From NCBI GenBank assembly GCA_033764015.1, contig JANRJK010000030.1, forward strand, positions 1 to 64,000: a stretch of DNA of 64,000 nucleotides, in the 5' to 3' direction. The notes below the pieces were generated by a model. The model worked only from the letters and a program-made list of their open reading frames with translations. It made no database searches and was not told the origin of the DNA. Both the position numbers and the translations under genes were made by a program. Position 1 is the stretch's first letter, and the number at the start of each line of letters is the position of its first letter. Shown here in pieces: positions 36,560 through 47,694 of the stretch. The DNA is from Candidatus Sumerlaeia bacterium. GTDB lineage: Bacteria > Sumerlaeota > Sumerlaeia > SLMS01 > JANRJK01.

Positions 36560-37906
36560 ATGCAGCAGCACATCGACACCAACCCGGTCGTCCAGGCGAT
36601 ACGCCCCCACGTCACCCTCATCGACCAGTACCCGCTTGTGATCGACTTCGCCCGCAGCCAGGGCTCGCGGCTCTGGGACTGCAACACCGACAGCTTCAAG
36701 ATCGACTTCGCCAGCAGCTACTCGTCGATCCCGCTCGGGTACAACCATCCGATCTTCCACGAGCCCGAGTTCGAACGCGAACTACTCGAGACGAACCGCA
36801 CGAAGATCGCCAACCTCGACGTGCTGTGCGAGCCCTACGCGCGCTTCCTCGACGTGTTCCGCCGCGTCGCCGGCCCGGGCTTCAGCCGCTTCTTCTTCAT
36901 CGACGGCGGCGCCCTCGCTGTGGAAAACGCCTTGAAGACCGCCTTCGACTGGAAGGTCCATCGCAACCTCCGCCTCGGCAAAGGCGAACGCGGCACCGAG
37001 ATCATCCACTTCCGCGAAGCCTTCCACGGGCGCAGCGGCTACACGCTCTCCGTCACCAACACCGCCGACCCGAACAAGACGAAGTTCTTCCCGAAGTTCA
37101 AGTGGCCGCGCGTCACCAACCCCAAGTGCTACTTCCCCCTCAAGGGCGACAACCTCGACCACACGATCCAGGGCGAGCACGCGTCGCTGGCGGAGATCGA
37201 CCAGGTCCTCGCGGAGCGCGCCGACGACATCGCCGCGATCCTCCTCGAGCCGATCCAGGGCGAGGGCGGCGACAACCACTTCCGCCCCGAGTTCCTCCGC
37301 GCCCTCCGCGAGCGCTGCGACCGGCACGACGTCCTGCTCATCTTCGACGAGGTCCAGACCGGCCTCGGCATGACGGGCCACACCTGGGCTTGGCAGGGCC
37401 TCGGCGTGAAGCCGGACATCGTGTGCTTCGCGAAGAAGGCGCAGACCGGCGGCTTCATGGCCACCGACCGCATCCTCGAAGAGCCGCACAACGTCTTCAC
37501 CGTCCCCAGCCGCATCTCCTCCACCTGGGGCAGCAGCCTCGCCGACATGGTCCGCTGCCGCCGCTTCCTCGAGTTCTACGAGGAGAGCAACCTCATCGAC
37601 AACGTCCGCGCCCGCAGCGAGCAGATCATCGAGATGCTCCAAACGGTCGCGCAGGAAACCGAGCAGATCCATAACGTACGCGGACGCGGGCTCTTCATCG
37701 CGTTCGATCTGGTGGTGCCCGACCAGCGCAACGAGCTGCTGGCGGACCTCGAACGGCGCGGGCTCCTCTGCCTTCCGTCCGGCACCAAGTCGGTCCGCTT
37801 CCGTCCGCACCTGAACGTGACGGAGGATGTGGTCGAGGAGGCGATCGCGCTGGTGCGCGAGTCCCTCCTCGTCATCCACCCGGCCGAGTCGGCGCACAAC
37901 ATCTAG
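36560..37906 (+). CDS. lat: L-lysine 6-transaminase (class III aminotransferase)
   Basis: FFIDGGALAVENALKTAFDWK, FHGRSGYTLS, EPIQGEGGDNHFR, DEVQTG, FAKK, SRISSTWG. Confidence 0.9.
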   Translation: MQQHIDTNPVVQAIRPHVTLIDQYPLVIDFARSQGSRLWDCNTDSFKIDFASSYSSIPLGYNHPIFHEPEFERELLETNRTKIANLDVLCEPYARFLDVFRRVAGPGFSRFFFIDGGALAVENALKTAFDWKVHRNLRLGKGERGTEIIHFREAFHGRSGYTLSVTNTADPNKTKFFPKFKWPRVTNPKCYFPLKGDNLDHTIQGEHASLAEIDQVLAERADDIAAILLEPIQGEGGDNHFRPEFLRALRERCDRHDVLLIFDEVQTGLGMTGHTWAWQGLGVKPDIVCFAKKAQTGGFMATDRILEEPHNVFTVPSRISSTWGSSLADMVRCRRFLEFYEESNLIDNVRARSEQIIEMLQTVAQETEQIHNVRGRGLFIAFDLVVPDQRNELLADLERRGLLCLPSGTKSVRFRPHLNVTEDVVEEAIALVRESLLVIHPAESAHNI

Positions 37907-37932
37907 GCCGCGCCCACCCCGGCGGGATACGA

Positions 37933-37972
37933 CACGGCGCCCGGAGCGAACGCTCCGGGCGCCGTGGCTTTT
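37933..37972 (+). terminator. Intrinsic terminator hairpin between convergent genes
   Basis: CACGGCGCCCGGAGCG / CGCTCCGGGCGCCGTG perfect inverted repeat (37933-37966) followed by GCTTTT. Confidence 0.75.
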
Positions 37973-37977
37973 CGGGT

Positions 37978-38247
37978 TCAGGCGTCCTTCTTGCGGAACT
38001 TCATCATCATCCAAAGCTGCGCGAGGACCAGCGCGAGCGTGGCGGCGTTGAACAGGATCACCGGCCGCAACTGAAGCGCGATCCCGTAGGCGAGCCAGCT
38101 CGCAACGCCGAGGGCGAAGATCAGGAACATTCCCGGATGAATCCCTTCGACGTCCCGCGTCTTCCAAGTCTTCATCACCTGCGGGATGAACGCGACGGTG
38201 GTGCAAGTCCCCGCAAGCGTTCCCAGAAGCGGTGCGATTTCGTCCAA
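37978..38247 (-). CDS. SemiSWEET / PQ-loop transporter
   Basis: GTCTTVAFIPQVMKTWKTRDVEGI, three TM helices, 89 aa. Confidence 0.88.
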   Translation of the reverse strand: MDEIAPLLGTLAGTCTTVAFIPQVMKTWKTRDVEGIHPGMFLIFALGVASWLAYGIALQLRPVILFNAATLALVLAQLWMMMKFRKKDA

Positions 38248-38258
38248 GCGGCGGCTCC

Positions 38259-39209
38259 ATGGATCGGGTTGAGGGCAAAGTAGGCGTCGAGGCCGCCCCC
38301 GGGGCGCAAGCGCCGCGCAATCCGTTCCGGCCCCCGGACTGGGGAAATCCCTGGGTGCGCCGCTGCGTGGGCCTGCCCTTGGCGGTCCGCTCGATCCGGC
38401 GCGCGGTGCCGCTCTGGCTCCTCCTGTTCGCCGTGCCCCCCTTCCTGCTGCTCTGGGTGGCGGGCGCCGCCGTCGCCGAGGGCTGGATCGGCGCCACGGG
38501 GGGCGGGGCGTTCCTGGTCCACCTCGGGACGCTCACCGCCTACGCCTTGCTGATGGCGGCCTTCGTGGCGCCGGCCGCGGGTGTCGGCGCCCGCTACATG
38601 ATCGACCGCACCGCGCTCTTCCACCACTCCGCGCTGACGCCGCTGCGCGCGGTCGACTACGCCGAGGCGGTCCGCGCGCGGGTCCTGGTCTCGACGCTGA
38701 TCGCGTTCCTGGTCGCGGCCGCCGCGGCGTTGGGAATCGGGTGGCACCTGCACTGCGCCAACCCGGGGCACTTCGGCTCGATCCGGTCGTCCGAGCTCGG
38801 ACTGCTGATCGATTTCGTCCCGCCGCTCCGGGTCGGACTCGGCACGCGCCAGCCGGACTGGGACGGGCGGCTGCTCTACGCGCTGCTCGCTTGCATGGTC
38901 GTCGCGTTCACCGCGAGCGCCCACGCCCGCGCGATGCTGAACGCCGCCATCCGGCCCCACGGCGCCGCGCCCGTGTTCGGGACGGTGTTCCTCGTCTTCG
39001 GCACCATGGTGCTCTTCGTCCTGCGCTTCAAGCTGCTGACGTCGGCGTCCATCACCACGCTGCTCCTGCCCGGCGCTCCGAACGCCTACATGGCGCTGTT
39101 CATCCTGACAGAGGTAGTAATGGCCGCGCTGTGGATCAGCGCGGCCAAGGTGGCGGAGGCTCTCACCGCCAACAGCATCGCCGGATCGCTCAGCGGCGAT
39201 CGCGGATAA
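38259..39209 (+). CDS. Hypothetical polytopic membrane protein (ABC-2 permease-like?)
   Basis: About six hydrophobic segments, NPW motif near the N-terminus, LTPL motif. Confidence 0.6.
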   Translation: MDRVEGKVGVEAAPGAQAPRNPFRPPDWGNPWVRRCVGLPLAVRSIRRAVPLWLLLFAVPPFLLLWVAGAAVAEGWIGATGGGAFLVHLGTLTAYALLMAAFVAPAAGVGARYMIDRTALFHHSALTPLRAVDYAEAVRARVLVSTLIAFLVAAAAALGIGWHLHCANPGHFGSIRSSELGLLIDFVPPLRVGLGTRQPDWDGRLLYALLACMVVAFTASAHARAMLNAAIRPHGAAPVFGTVFLVFGTMVLFVLRFKLLTSASITTLLLPGAPNAYMALFILTEVVMAALWISAAKVAEALTANSIAGSLSGDRG

Positions 39210-39804
39210 GCGTCAGGAACTCGTTGCGCGTCTGCGGATTGGTCAGGAACTCGCCCCGCATCGCCGAGGCGAGCGTCGAGCTGTTCTGCTTCTCGACCCC
39301 GCGCATCATCATGCAGAGGTGGCGCGCCTCGGTCACGACCGCGACGCCGGCGGGCTTGAGCACCTCCATCAGGCAATCCGCGATCTGGCCGGTCATGCGC
39401 TCCTGCACCTGCAGGCGGCGCGAGAAGAGCTCCACGATCCGCGGGATCTTCGACAGCCCGATCACCTTGCCGTTCGGGATGTACGCGACGTGCGCCGTGC
39501 CGAAGAACGGCAGCATGTGATGCTCACACATCGAGTAGAACTCGACGTCGCGGACCAGCACCACGCCCGAGTAGTTCTCGGTGAAGATCGCCTCGTTCAG
39601 CAGCTCCTGCAGATCCATCCGGTAGCCGCGCGTCAGGAACGCCATCGACTTGTCGACGCGGTGCGGCGTGCGGAGGAGCCCTTCGCGATCCGGGTCCTCG
39701 CCAATCTTCGCGAGCATGTCGCGGACATTGTCTTCGAGCCCCAGCGAATCGCCCGAGACCTCGTCGGCGACGGCGGGGAAGTCGTCACCCGAGTAGTTGC
39801 GCAT
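39190..39804 (-). CDS. folE: GTP cyclohydrolase I
   Basis: [52 protein letters not shown] before ATG 39804. Confidence 0.95.
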   Translation of the reverse strand: MRNYSGDDFPAVADEVSGDSLGLEDNVRDMLAKIGEDPDREGLLRTPHRVDKSMAFLTRGYRMDLQELLNEAIFTENYSGVVLVRDVEFYSMCEHHMLPFFGTAHVAYIPNGKVIGLSKIPRIVELFSRRLQVQERMTGQIADCLMEVLKPAGVAVVTEARHLCMMMRGVEKQNSSTLASAMRGEFLTNPQTRNEFLTLIRDRR

Positions 39805-40001
39805 CACGTCCTCCACGTGGGCGGATGCCTTGCCCGGCGCCTTCCGGCCCTTGGCAGGAACGTCGAGGTAAGCAGCATCCGTAGCGGTAGCCAAGCTTTT
39901 CCGGTACATGTTGGGGGCCATCCTTGGGAGCAGTGTCTCCAGACCCGATAAGACCAAGTTTCGGGCCAGTTCCTTCCGCGCGTCGCCGATTCCGTGGGGC
40001 C

Positions 40002-40031
40002 TTGACACAGGGGCGCCCGCCGGCATACGCT
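40002..40031 (+). promoter_or_regulatory. Putative sigma70 promoter for adk
   Basis: TTGACA (40002-40007), 18-nt spacer, TACGCT (40026-40031), about 40 nt upstream of the adk start. Confidence 0.45.
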
Positions 40032-40070
40032 CCCAAACAGGTTCGACATTATCCTCATTGTGAGACTTCG

Positions 40071-40841
40071 ATGGCTCCTCCCCGCGACCGCACCGCATGG
40101 CTGAAGGGTGGCGACTCCCACTGCGTCGACCACGGCACGCTCCCGGAGCGCCCCTACCGCCTTCTCCTCCTAGGGCCGCCGGGAAGCGGCAAGGGCACGC
40201 AGGCCGAGATGATCACCCACCGGCTCGGCACGTGCCACCTCTCCACCGGGGACGTGTTCCGCTTCGCCAAGCGCGCCGGCGCCAACAGCCCCGTCATGCG
40301 CGAGGCGCTCGAAGCGATGCAGCGCGGGGACCTCGTCACGGACGAGACAGTGACCGACATCGTGCGCGACCGCAGCCAGTGCATGATGTGCGCCCACGGC
40401 TTCCTGCTCGACGGCTACCCGCGCACCCAGTCGCAGGCGCAGGCGCTGGACGGCTTCCTTCACGAACTCGGCGCGCGCATCGACGCGGCGCTCTTCCTCC
40501 GCGTGGACGACCGACTCCTGATCGACCGCCTCACCGGGCGCCGCTCCTGCCCCGCGTGCGGCGCGATCTACCACACGATCTTCAATCCGTCGAAGGCGGG
40601 CGACCAATGCGATGCCTGCGGCGGCGCGCTGGTGCAGCGCGGCGACGACCGCCTCGAGGCCGTTACCCGGCGCCTCGAGATCTGGCGCGAGACCGAGGCG
40701 ATGCTATTCGCGCACTACTCCGCGGCGGGACTCGCCGTCGAGGTGCCCGCGGAAGGCCCGCCGGTCGAGGTGTTCGCGAGCCTTGAACGCGCGCTCGCCG
40801 AGCACCTCGCCGCACGCGACGGAGCGGCCGCTACGCACTGA
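40071..40841 (+). CDS. adk: Adenylate kinase with Zn-binding LID and N-terminal extension
   Basis: [33 protein letters not shown]...CDACG. Confidence 0.92.
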   Translation: MAPPRDRTAWLKGGDSHCVDHGTLPERPYRLLLLGPPGSGKGTQAEMITHRLGTCHLSTGDVFRFAKRAGANSPVMREALEAMQRGDLVTDETVTDIVRDRSQCMMCAHGFLLDGYPRTQSQAQALDGFLHELGARIDAALFLRVDDRLLIDRLTGRRSCPACGAIYHTIFNPSKAGDQCDACGGALVQRGDDRLEAVTRRLEIWRETEAMLFAHYSAAGLAVEVPAEGPPVEVFASLERALAEHLAARDGAAATH

Positions 40842-41376
40842 CGCGCCTGGCGTGGCGGGCGAGCAGGCGCCGTAGGCGGCCCAACGCGGTCGCCACGGCG
40901 CGCCACACGACCCGCAGCGCGTGCGCAAGGCGTGAGAAAGCCCCGTGCGCGAAACCCCAGGCGACCGTGAGCCGCCCGCCCAGCGGCTTCCGCAGGCGAG
41001 CCCCCCGGAACACCTGCCCGATGCGTCCCACAGCGGACCCCGCGGCGCGCCGCGCAGTCCGCAGCGCGACGCGCAGCCGCTGGCGCAGCCGGTGGTGCTT
41101 CGCGCTCTCGACCGCGGTCCGGGTGCCGTGTTCGATATAGCGGAGCCAAACCCGCGCGAAGGCGAACTCCAGTGCGAGGATGGTGACCCCCGCCCCAAGC
41201 ACAACTAAACCGGGCCCCGGCATCGGGATCATGGCGACCCCTAGCAGGAGCACCGTGGTTCCCACCACGAACACCACAACCCGCCGCGCGTTGCGCAGCG
41301 TCGCATCGCCGAAATCCTCCGGCGGGTCCTTGGGCTGCCGCCGCGGAAACCAGCGGCGCCAGTGCTTGATCGGCAT
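40831..41376 (-). CDS. PGPGW-domain membrane protein with basic C-terminal extension
   Basis: GVAMIPMPGPGLVVLGAGVTILALEFAFAR. Confidence 0.72.
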   Translation of the reverse strand: MPIKHWRRWFPRRQPKDPPEDFGDATLRNARRVVVFVVGTTVLLLGVAMIPMPGPGLVVLGAGVTILALEFAFARVWLRYIEHGTRTAVESAKHHRLRQRLRVALRTARRAAGSAVGRIGQVFRGARLRKPLGGRLTVAWGFAHGAFSRLAHALRVVWRAVATALGRLRRLLARHARRVSA

Positions 41377-41448
41377 GGCGGATACTCCAACCTTCCCTGC
41401 TAACCCATGCTGCGGTGCCACGCTGTCAATCGCAAGGAGGGCTTTCCG

Positions 41449-43395
41449 TCACAAAGGCCGCTTGCTCTTGAAGACCGCGCAGGACAGCGGCGGCAGCACC
41501 AGGTTCACCGAGTTCGAGCGTCCGTGCCACGGCACCGGGGTCGCCTCGACTCCGCCGAAGTTGCCGACCCCGCTGCCCCAGTACTGCGGCGCGTCGCTGT
41601 TCAGCACCTCCTGCCAGTGCCCGCCCCAAGGCACGCCGACGCGGTAGTTGTGCCGCACGATCGGCGTGAAGTTGCACACGAAGAGAAGCACCTCGTCCTG
41701 CGCCTCGTTCTTGCGCAGGAACGTGAACACGCTCGCCATCGCGTCGTCGCAGTCCACCCACTCGAAGCCGTGCGGGTCGGAGTCGATCTCGTAGAGCGCG
41801 GGCTCGCGTTTGTAGAGGTGGTTCAGGTCCGCCACCCAGCGCTGGACGCCGGCGTGGTTGGGGAACTGGAGCACCCACTCCTCGAGCTGCCACTGGTAGT
41901 TCCACTCGGGCACCTGGCCGAAGTCCTGCCCCATGAAGAGCAGCTTCTTGCCGGGATGGCCCCACATGTAGCCGTACAGCAGGCGCAGGTTGGCGAAGCG
42001 CTGCCACTCGTCGCCGGGCATGCGGCCGAGCATCGAGCCTTTCCCGTGCACCACCTCGTCGTGCGAGAACGGCAGCATGAAGTTCTCGGTGAACGCGTAC
42101 AGCATCGAGAAGGTCATCTTGTTGTGGTGGTACGGGCGGTGGATCGGGTCCTTCGAGATGTAGACCAGCACGTCGTGCATCCAGCCCATGTTCCACTTGA
42201 ATCCGAAGCCGAGCCCGCCCACGTAGAGCGGCTTCGAGACCATCGGCCAAGCGGTCGACTCCTCGGCGATCATCATCGTGTCGGGGAACTGGCCGTAGAC
42301 CTCCGCGTTGAGCTGGCGCAGGAAGCCGATCGCATCGAGGTTCTCGCGGCCGCCGTACTTGTTCGGCACCCACTCGCCTTCCTTGCGCGAATAGTCGAGG
42401 TAGAGCATCGAGGCCACCGCGTCCACGCGCAGGCCGTCGATGTGGTACTTCTCGAGCCAGAACAGCGCGGAGCAGAGCAGGAAGTTCCGCACCTCCGTGC
42501 GCCCGTAGTTGAAGACGAACGTGCCCCAGTCCTGGTGCTGCCCCTGCCGCGGGTCCGCATGCTCGTAGAGGTGCGTGCCGTCGAAGAACCCGAGCCCGTG
42601 GCCGTCCTTCGGGAAGTGCGCCGGCACCCAGTCCAGCAGCACGCCGATGCCCGCCTGGTGCAGCGCGTCGATCATCGCCATCAGGTCGTGCGGCTCGCCG
42701 AAGCGGCTCGTCGGGCAGAAGTAGCCGACCGTCTGGTAGCCCCAGGACCCGTCGTACGGGTACTCGGTGATCGGCAGCAGCTCGACATGGGTATACCCCA
42801 TGCGGACGCAGTACTCGGAGAGCTGCCTCCCGATCTCGCGGTACGAGAGCCAGTTGCCGTCCTGGTCGCGGCGCCACGATCCGAGATGCAGCTCGTAGAC
42901 CGAGATCGGCGCCTTCAGGTTCTGGCGGCTTCCGCGGGACGCCATCCAGTCCTGGTCGTTCCAAGAGTAGCCCTCCAGCTCGTACACCTTCGACGCGGTC
43001 GCGGGGCGCACTTCGGCGGCGAAGCCGAAGGGGTCCGCCTTGTCCGCCTGGTACATGTGGAAGCGCGAGGCGATGTGGAACTTGTAGGTGTCGCCCTGCT
43101 TCACGCCCGGGATGAAGATCTCCCAGACCCCGGCGCCGGGATGCACCGACATCGGGTGCGCCCCCCGGTCCCAGCCGTTGAAGGAGCCGATGACCGAGAC
43201 GTACTCGGCGTTCGGCGCCCAGACCGCGAAGGTGGCGCCGTCGGCGCCGTCGCGGTGCACGAGGTGGCAGCCGAACTTCTCCCAGGTGCGGTAGTGCGTG
43301 CCTTCGCCGAAGAGGTGCAGGTCGAAGTCGGAAAGGATCGTTGCCTTGCCGAGGGAAGCCTTCGCGGCGGGGGATTCCTTGCGCTTGGGAGCCAT
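41449..43395 (-). CDS. glgB: 1,4-alpha-glucan branching enzyme
   Basis: [53 protein letters not shown]. Confidence 0.96.
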   Translation of the reverse strand: MAPKRKESPAAKASLGKATILSDFDLHLFGEGTHYRTWEKFGCHLVHRDGADGATFAVWAPNAEYVSVIGSFNGWDRGAHPMSVHPGAGVWEIFIPGVKQGDTYKFHIASRFHMYQADKADPFGFAAEVRPATASKVYELEGYSWNDQDWMASRGSRQNLKAPISVYELHLGSWRRDQDGNWLSYREIGRQLSEYCVRMGYTHVELLPITEYPYDGSWGYQTVGYFCPTSRFGEPHDLMAMIDALHQAGIGVLLDWVPAHFPKDGHGLGFFDGTHLYEHADPRQGQHQDWGTFVFNYGRTEVRNFLLCSALFWLEKYHIDGLRVDAVASMLYLDYSRKEGEWVPNKYGGRENLDAIGFLRQLNAEVYGQFPDTMMIAEESTAWPMVSKPLYVGGLGFGFKWNMGWMHDVLVYISKDPIHRPYHHNKMTFSMLYAFTENFMLPFSHDEVVHGKGSMLGRMPGDEWQRFANLRLLYGYMWGHPGKKLLFMGQDFGQVPEWNYQWQLEEWVLQFPNHAGVQRWVADLNHLYKREPALYEIDSDPHGFEWVDCDDAMASVFTFLRKNEAQDEVLLFVCNFTPIVRHNYRVGVPWGGHWQEVLNSDAPQYWGSGVGNFGGVEATPVPWHGRSNSVNLVLPPLSCAVFKSKRPL

Positions 43396-43538
43396 TTCGC
43401 GTTTGTGGCCTTTCGCGTGGAGGCGCTCGCCCGGACGCTACGGCGCGTTCCGGGGGCGGAGAAATTCGTACGGACGCTACGTGTTGGTTAGGCGCTGGCC
43501 CGCCGGGGGTTCAAGCGGAAGCCGGGCGGTTGAAATTT

Positions 43539-44507
43539 TTAGCGTTGTGCTTCGCTATGGGCAGCGCGCTTCCCCATCCACCCCGCCAACGCCCCCCCGT
43601 ACGCGGCCACCAACGCAACCAGCGCGTCGTCCAACGGCCCCGGCACCAGGTCCGGCATCACCACATACGCCAGCGCAAGCGCCCCCCAGCCCATGGCCCG
43701 CGCCACCGCGAGCGCCCGCTCCGGCGCCGTGTCGCCGCGCGCCTCCAGCATCGGTCCCGGCAGCGCGCGGCGCCGCTCCCGGTCCACCACTGCCAGTTCG
43801 AAATCCACGAGCTCGAGCAGGCGCGCGCCGTCGCCCGCGAGCAGCAGCCGCGACTCGCCGAGCGACAGCCCGCCCGCTTCGCGCAGCCGCAGCAGGAACC
43901 GCCGCTGGGCTTCGTCCAGCGCCGCCTCCACGTTCTCCGGCAGCAGCAGCGCGGGGCGGTGCAGGTCCCACGCGAACAGCGCCGCGAAGGCCACACCGGC
44001 GAGCCACTCCGGTTCCGGCGCGCGCCACAGCGACGGCCCCACCCCCAGCACAACCGCCCACCCCAGCGCCACCGGCCGCCCCGGCCGCGTCGCGCGCGCC
44101 ACCGCCAGCGCCAGCGCCGCAACCAGCAACGCGCTCAGCGCGTGCGAGGCGACCACTCCGCCCAGCCGCAGCAGCGTCGGCGGCCCCTCCGCCGGCGCGG
44201 CGGGTGGCGGGTCGATGCTCCGCGCGAACACTGCGGAGAGCACGAGCCACAGGCAGATCAGCCAGAAGCCCGCGCCGCCCTTCCTAGTGTCGCCGAGCAC
44301 CCGCCATGCGCCAGCGAGCGAGAGCAGCAGCAGCAGGGCGAACAGTGCGCCGAGCCCCACCGCGAGCCCCGACAGCTCCTCGCCCTTCCCGGCGGCGAGG
44401 AACACCGCCGCCCCCAGCAGCAGCCCCGCGCGGTGCATCGACTCAGCCACCGCGCGCGGCGCCGGCCCCGCGCCCCAGTGCGGGATGCGGTAGGGACGCG
44501 CGGTCAC
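43539..44507 (-). CDS. Membrane protein with C-terminal DUF1232/YkvA-like motif
   Basis: Multiple TM segments, LAYVVMPDLVPGPLDD. GTG start overlaps the upstream stop (GTGA). Confidence 0.6.
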   Translation of the reverse strand: MTARPYRIPHWGAGPAPRAVAESMHRAGLLLGAAVFLAAGKGEELSGLAVGLGALFALLLLLSLAGAWRVLGDTRKGGAGFWLICLWLVLSAVFARSIDPPPAAPAEGPPTLLRLGGVVASHALSALLVAALALAVARATRPGRPVALGWAVVLGVGPSLWRAPEPEWLAGVAFAALFAWDLHRPALLLPENVEAALDEAQRRFLLRLREAGGLSLGESRLLLAGDGARLLELVDFELAVVDRERRRALPGPMLEARGDTAPERALAVARAMGWGALALAYVVMPDLVPGPLDDALVALVAAYGGALAGWMGKRAAHSEAQR

Positions 44508-45493
44508 CGCGACGGCGGCGGCGCGTCGTGCAGCGGCGCACCAGCCTCCCCCGTCCAAGAGTCGCGGTCGCGCCCCGTGAAGGGCACTCCGTCCATCAAC
44601 GAATTCACCGCCCGGTTCGCCCGCCGCAGCTTCCCCAGGATCCGCTCCGCCGCCGGCGCGAGCGTCGGCGAGTACGGCGTCGCTTCGATCCAGCGCTCCG
44701 GGGGAATCACGAACCGGAGGCCGCTCTGATACCATGCGCGGGCCTCGCGCGCGGACGCCGGCTCGTAGCCCATCACGCTCGAATCGCGGGCGAGCGCTAC
44801 GTCCCCCTCCCGCTCGAAGCGCTCCGCCACCAGCAGCCGCGTCGCGATCACGTCCGACTGGTTCGGCATCCCCTCCAGCAGCCGGCGGACGCGCTCCGAA
44901 GCCGCGGTCAACGCGACCCCGTCCTTGGCGTCCTCCACCAGCGTCGCCACCTGCGCCAGATCGATCCGCTCCCGCAGCGGGCGGAAGTCGCGCGCGCCGG
45001 CGAGGCGCGAAGAGGCGTCCGCCAGCCGCTGCTTCTGGCGTTCCGTGCGGATGCCCAGATGGTGGAGCGCGAGCGCTTCGAACGCGTCCAGCGCCGGATG
45101 GGCGAGGTCCGCCCCGGGCACCTCGAGCAAGGTGTCCCGCACATCGCGCCAGCGCCCCTGCGCGGCGAGCGGTTCCAGCTTCGCGAGGGCGTCCCGCTGC
45201 GCGCGCGTCAGGCGCGGCAGGTTGTTCTCCGCGGAGACGCCGGTCAGCGATCCGGGGTCGCGGTCCACCCGCGGCGGCCCGCCGGCGTCCCGGAGGGTCG
45301 CGGTCGCTGCGTACACCGCGAGCACCGCGAACGGCAGCAGCGCCTTCAGCCAAGCGGTGCGCGCACCCTCCGCCGGGTGCCTCGGCGCGCCGTCGGCGGG
45401 GGCGAGCGCGGCCCCTTCCGGCTCCCAGGGGATCGGGAGCCGCGCATCCTTCGCGGATGGGTCCAGTTCTGAGCGGTCGTCGGGGCTTGACAT
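44504..45493 (-). CDS. Hypothetical protein, single TM plus helical (TPR-like) domain
   Basis: Coding-like ORF with a TM segment (ALLPFAVLAVYAATA), translationally coupled to the next gene. Confidence 0.6.
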   Translation of the reverse strand: MSSPDDRSELDPSAKDARLPIPWEPEGAALAPADGAPRHPAEGARTAWLKALLPFAVLAVYAATATLRDAGGPPRVDRDPGSLTGVSAENNLPRLTRAQRDALAKLEPLAAQGRWRDVRDTLLEVPGADLAHPALDAFEALALHHLGIRTERQKQRLADASSRLAGARDFRPLRERIDLAQVATLVEDAKDGVALTAASERVRRLLEGMPNQSDVIATRLLVAERFEREGDVALARDSSVMGYEPASAREARAWYQSGLRFVIPPERWIEATPYSPTLAPAAERILGKLRRANRAVNSLMDGVPFTGRDRDSWTGEAGAPLHDAPPPSR

Positions 45494-45602
45494 GGGCGGG
45501 GTGGCGGGGTGTTCCTTCCGGGTTCCTTTGACTGGGGCGTACGCCGAACTCCAGCGGCGCACTCGGTCCTGGGTATCACCACCGCACTAGAAGGAGTGCA
45601 GC

Positions 45603-45872
45603 ATGTCCATCGCGCCAGAGCGCAAGACGGCGGTAATCGGCGAGTACCGCCTCAATGAGAAGGACACCGGCTCCGCCGACGTCCAGATCGCGATCCTCAC
45701 CGAGCGGATCAACAACCTCACCGACCACTTCAAGCTCAACAAGAAGGACCACCACAGCCGCCGCGGGCTGCTGATGATGGTCGGCAAGCGCCGCCGCCTG
45801 CTCGACTACATCCGCCGCACCGACATCGCCCGCTACCGCGAGCTCATCGGCCGCCTCAACCTCCGCAAGTAG
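45603..45872 (+). CDS. rpsO: 30S ribosomal protein S15
   Basis: [48 protein letters not shown]. Confidence 0.98.
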   Translation: MSIAPERKTAVIGEYRLNEKDTGSADVQIAILTERINNLTDHFKLNKKDHHSRRGLLMMVGKRRRLLDYIRRTDIARYRELIGRLNLRK

Positions 45873-45904
45873 CAGGCCGCGCCCCGTGCGCCGCCAACGG
45901 AACA

Positions 45905-45940
45905 GAGCGCCCCGGCGGACCATACTCCGCCGGGGCGCTC
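45905..45940. terminator. Hairpin between convergent rpsO and dapB
   Basis: GAGCGCCCCGGCGGA / TCCGCCGGGGCGCTC 15-bp perfect stem with a 6-nt loop and no clear U tract. Confidence 0.6.
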
Positions 45941-45945
45941 CGCAT

Positions 45946-46785
45946 TCAACCCCGCAGCACGTCGGCCATCGTGAACACGCGACCCGCCGCCGACGCGTCC
46001 GCGCGGGCCGCGAGGAACACCGCCGCCCGCAGCGCCCCCTCCGCGTAGACCCGCCGCCCGAGCACCCGCGTCCGCCAGCCCAGCGCCAAGTCCCCCGCCG
46101 CGCTTTCCAGCGCCACGTCGTGCAGCGCGTGGCCGCCGAGGTGCGCCTCCGGCACGCCGAGCGCGCGCTGCCGCGCGGGGTCGCGCACCGACGAGATGCC
46201 GGCCTCGCCCGCCTCCTCGGCGCCGAGCCGCGCCAGCTCGCGCATCCATGCCCTCGCGGTCCCGCTCTTGTCGCGTTTCGCCGCCTGGTGCGACTCCGTG
46301 ATCGAGGCGCGCAGTCCCGCGAGCGCGCCCGGGAACTCGCCCGCGGCCCACTCGAGCGCCGCCTGCAGCGCAACGAGCGGCGCCGCCATGTTCGCCGCCA
46401 CCACCGCGCACGTCGTCGAGGCGGACACCAGGCGCTCCACCTCGCGGCGGTCGAAGCCCGTGGTCCCCATGACGAAGGGGATCCCCCGCGCGCAGTACCA
46501 GCGCGCGTTGTCCACCGCCGTGTGCGGAGTCGAAAAGTCGACCGCCACCGCCGCGCCCCCGAAGGACTCCAGCGCGAATCCGTCGCGCATCGACGGCGTC
46601 AGCGCGACGAACCGATGCCCGTGGATCGAAATCGACGTCCCGCGGCGCCCCTCCGAGGTCAGCGTCACCGGCAGGAACCGGAACGCTCCCGGTGCCGGGC
46701 ACTCGCACGCCGCCGCGAGCACCTCGCGGCACATCGCCCCGGGCAGGCCCGCAAGCAGCAGGGAAACAGCGTGATGTCCGCTCAT
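45946..46785 (-). CDS. dapB: 4-hydroxy-tetrahydrodipicolinate reductase (plant/deltaproteobacterial-type)
   Basis: GLPGAM, AVDFSTP, PFVMGTTG, ESHQAAKRDKSGTA, GVPEAHLGGHA, GRRVYAEG. Confidence 0.82.
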   Translation of the reverse strand: MSGHHAVSLLLAGLPGAMCREVLAAACECPAPGAFRFLPVTLTSEGRRGTSISIHGHRFVALTPSMRDGFALESFGGAAVAVDFSTPHTAVDNARWYCARGIPFVMGTTGFDRREVERLVSASTTCAVVAANMAAPLVALQAALEWAAGEFPGALAGLRASITESHQAAKRDKSGTARAWMRELARLGAEEAGEAGISSVRDPARQRALGVPEAHLGGHALHDVALESAAGDLALGWRTRVLGRRVYAEGALRAAVFLAARADASAAGRVFTMADVLRG

Positions 46786-47561
46786 GGCGCCAACTCCACG
46801 TCGACGTCGATGGTGAGCCCGTCCCGGGCCAGTTGCTTGTCCGGCGGAAGCTTTGCGTTCGTCTCCGCGTGGTCCAGATCATGGGTCATGTGGACGAACC
46901 AAGTGCGCGCCGCGCCGATACGCTCCGCCGCCGCCACCGCCTCATCAACCGTGAAATGCGTCGGATGCGGACGGTGCCGCAGCGCGTTCAGCACCAGCGT
47001 CTCGACACCCTCCAGCAGCGCCCAGGACTCGTCCGGAATCCGCGACACATCCGTCAGGTAGGCAAACTTCCCGAAGCGGAAGCCCAGGATCGGGAGCCGC
47101 CCGTGGAAGAGCGGAACCGGGACCACCGCGAGCCGCGCCGCGCGGAACGGGCCCTCCACGGGCACGAGGTCGAGCTGCGGGATCCCGCCGCCCTGCTGCA
47201 CGCCGGACTTGAAGCAGTAGTCGAACCGCCGCCGCACGTCCTCGAGCGTCTCCCCCGAGCCATGCACCGGGATCGCGCCGCCCTGCGCGAAGTTGTAAAG
47301 GCGGAGGTCGTCGATGCCGACCGTGTGGTCCGAATGCGAGTGCGTCAGCAGCAGCGTGTCGATGCGCGGGATGCGCGCGGCGAGCGCCTGCTCGCGGAAG
47401 TCCGGCCCGCAGTCGATCAACACCGAACGCCCCTCGCCGCGCAGCCAGAAGCTGGTGCGCAGGCGCCGGTTGAGCGGGTCGGCAGAGGTGCAGACCGGGC
47501 AGTCGCACAGCAGCACCGGGATTCCGGCGCTGGTGCCGGTCCCGAGAAACGTCCCCTGCAT
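46782..47561 (-). CDS. Metallo-beta-lactamase-fold hydrolase (PhnP/YycJ-like)
   Basis: FLGTGTSAGIP..CDCPVC, DCGPDFREQ, THSHSDH, AYLTD, HMTHD. Confidence 0.9.
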   Translation of the reverse strand: MQGTFLGTGTSAGIPVLLCDCPVCTSADPLNRRLRTSFWLRGEGRSVLIDCGPDFREQALAARIPRIDTLLLTHSHSDHTVGIDDLRLYNFAQGGAIPVHGSGETLEDVRRRFDYCFKSGVQQGGGIPQLDLVPVEGPFRAARLAVVPVPLFHGRLPILGFRFGKFAYLTDVSRIPDESWALLEGVETLVLNALRHRPHPTHFTVDEAVAAAERIGAARTWFVHMTHDLDHAETNAKLPPDKQLARDGLTIDVDVELAP

Positions 47562-47694
47562 CCGCGCCATCGCCGCCACCGGATCACCCCGCCGCGGAAG
47601 ACTCCGCGCCGCCAAAGACCCGCACCAATCCCGGAGCGTCAACCGCAGCCGTCGGCGCTTGGCGCGGTGTGCCGGACCTAGCCTCCCCGAACCG

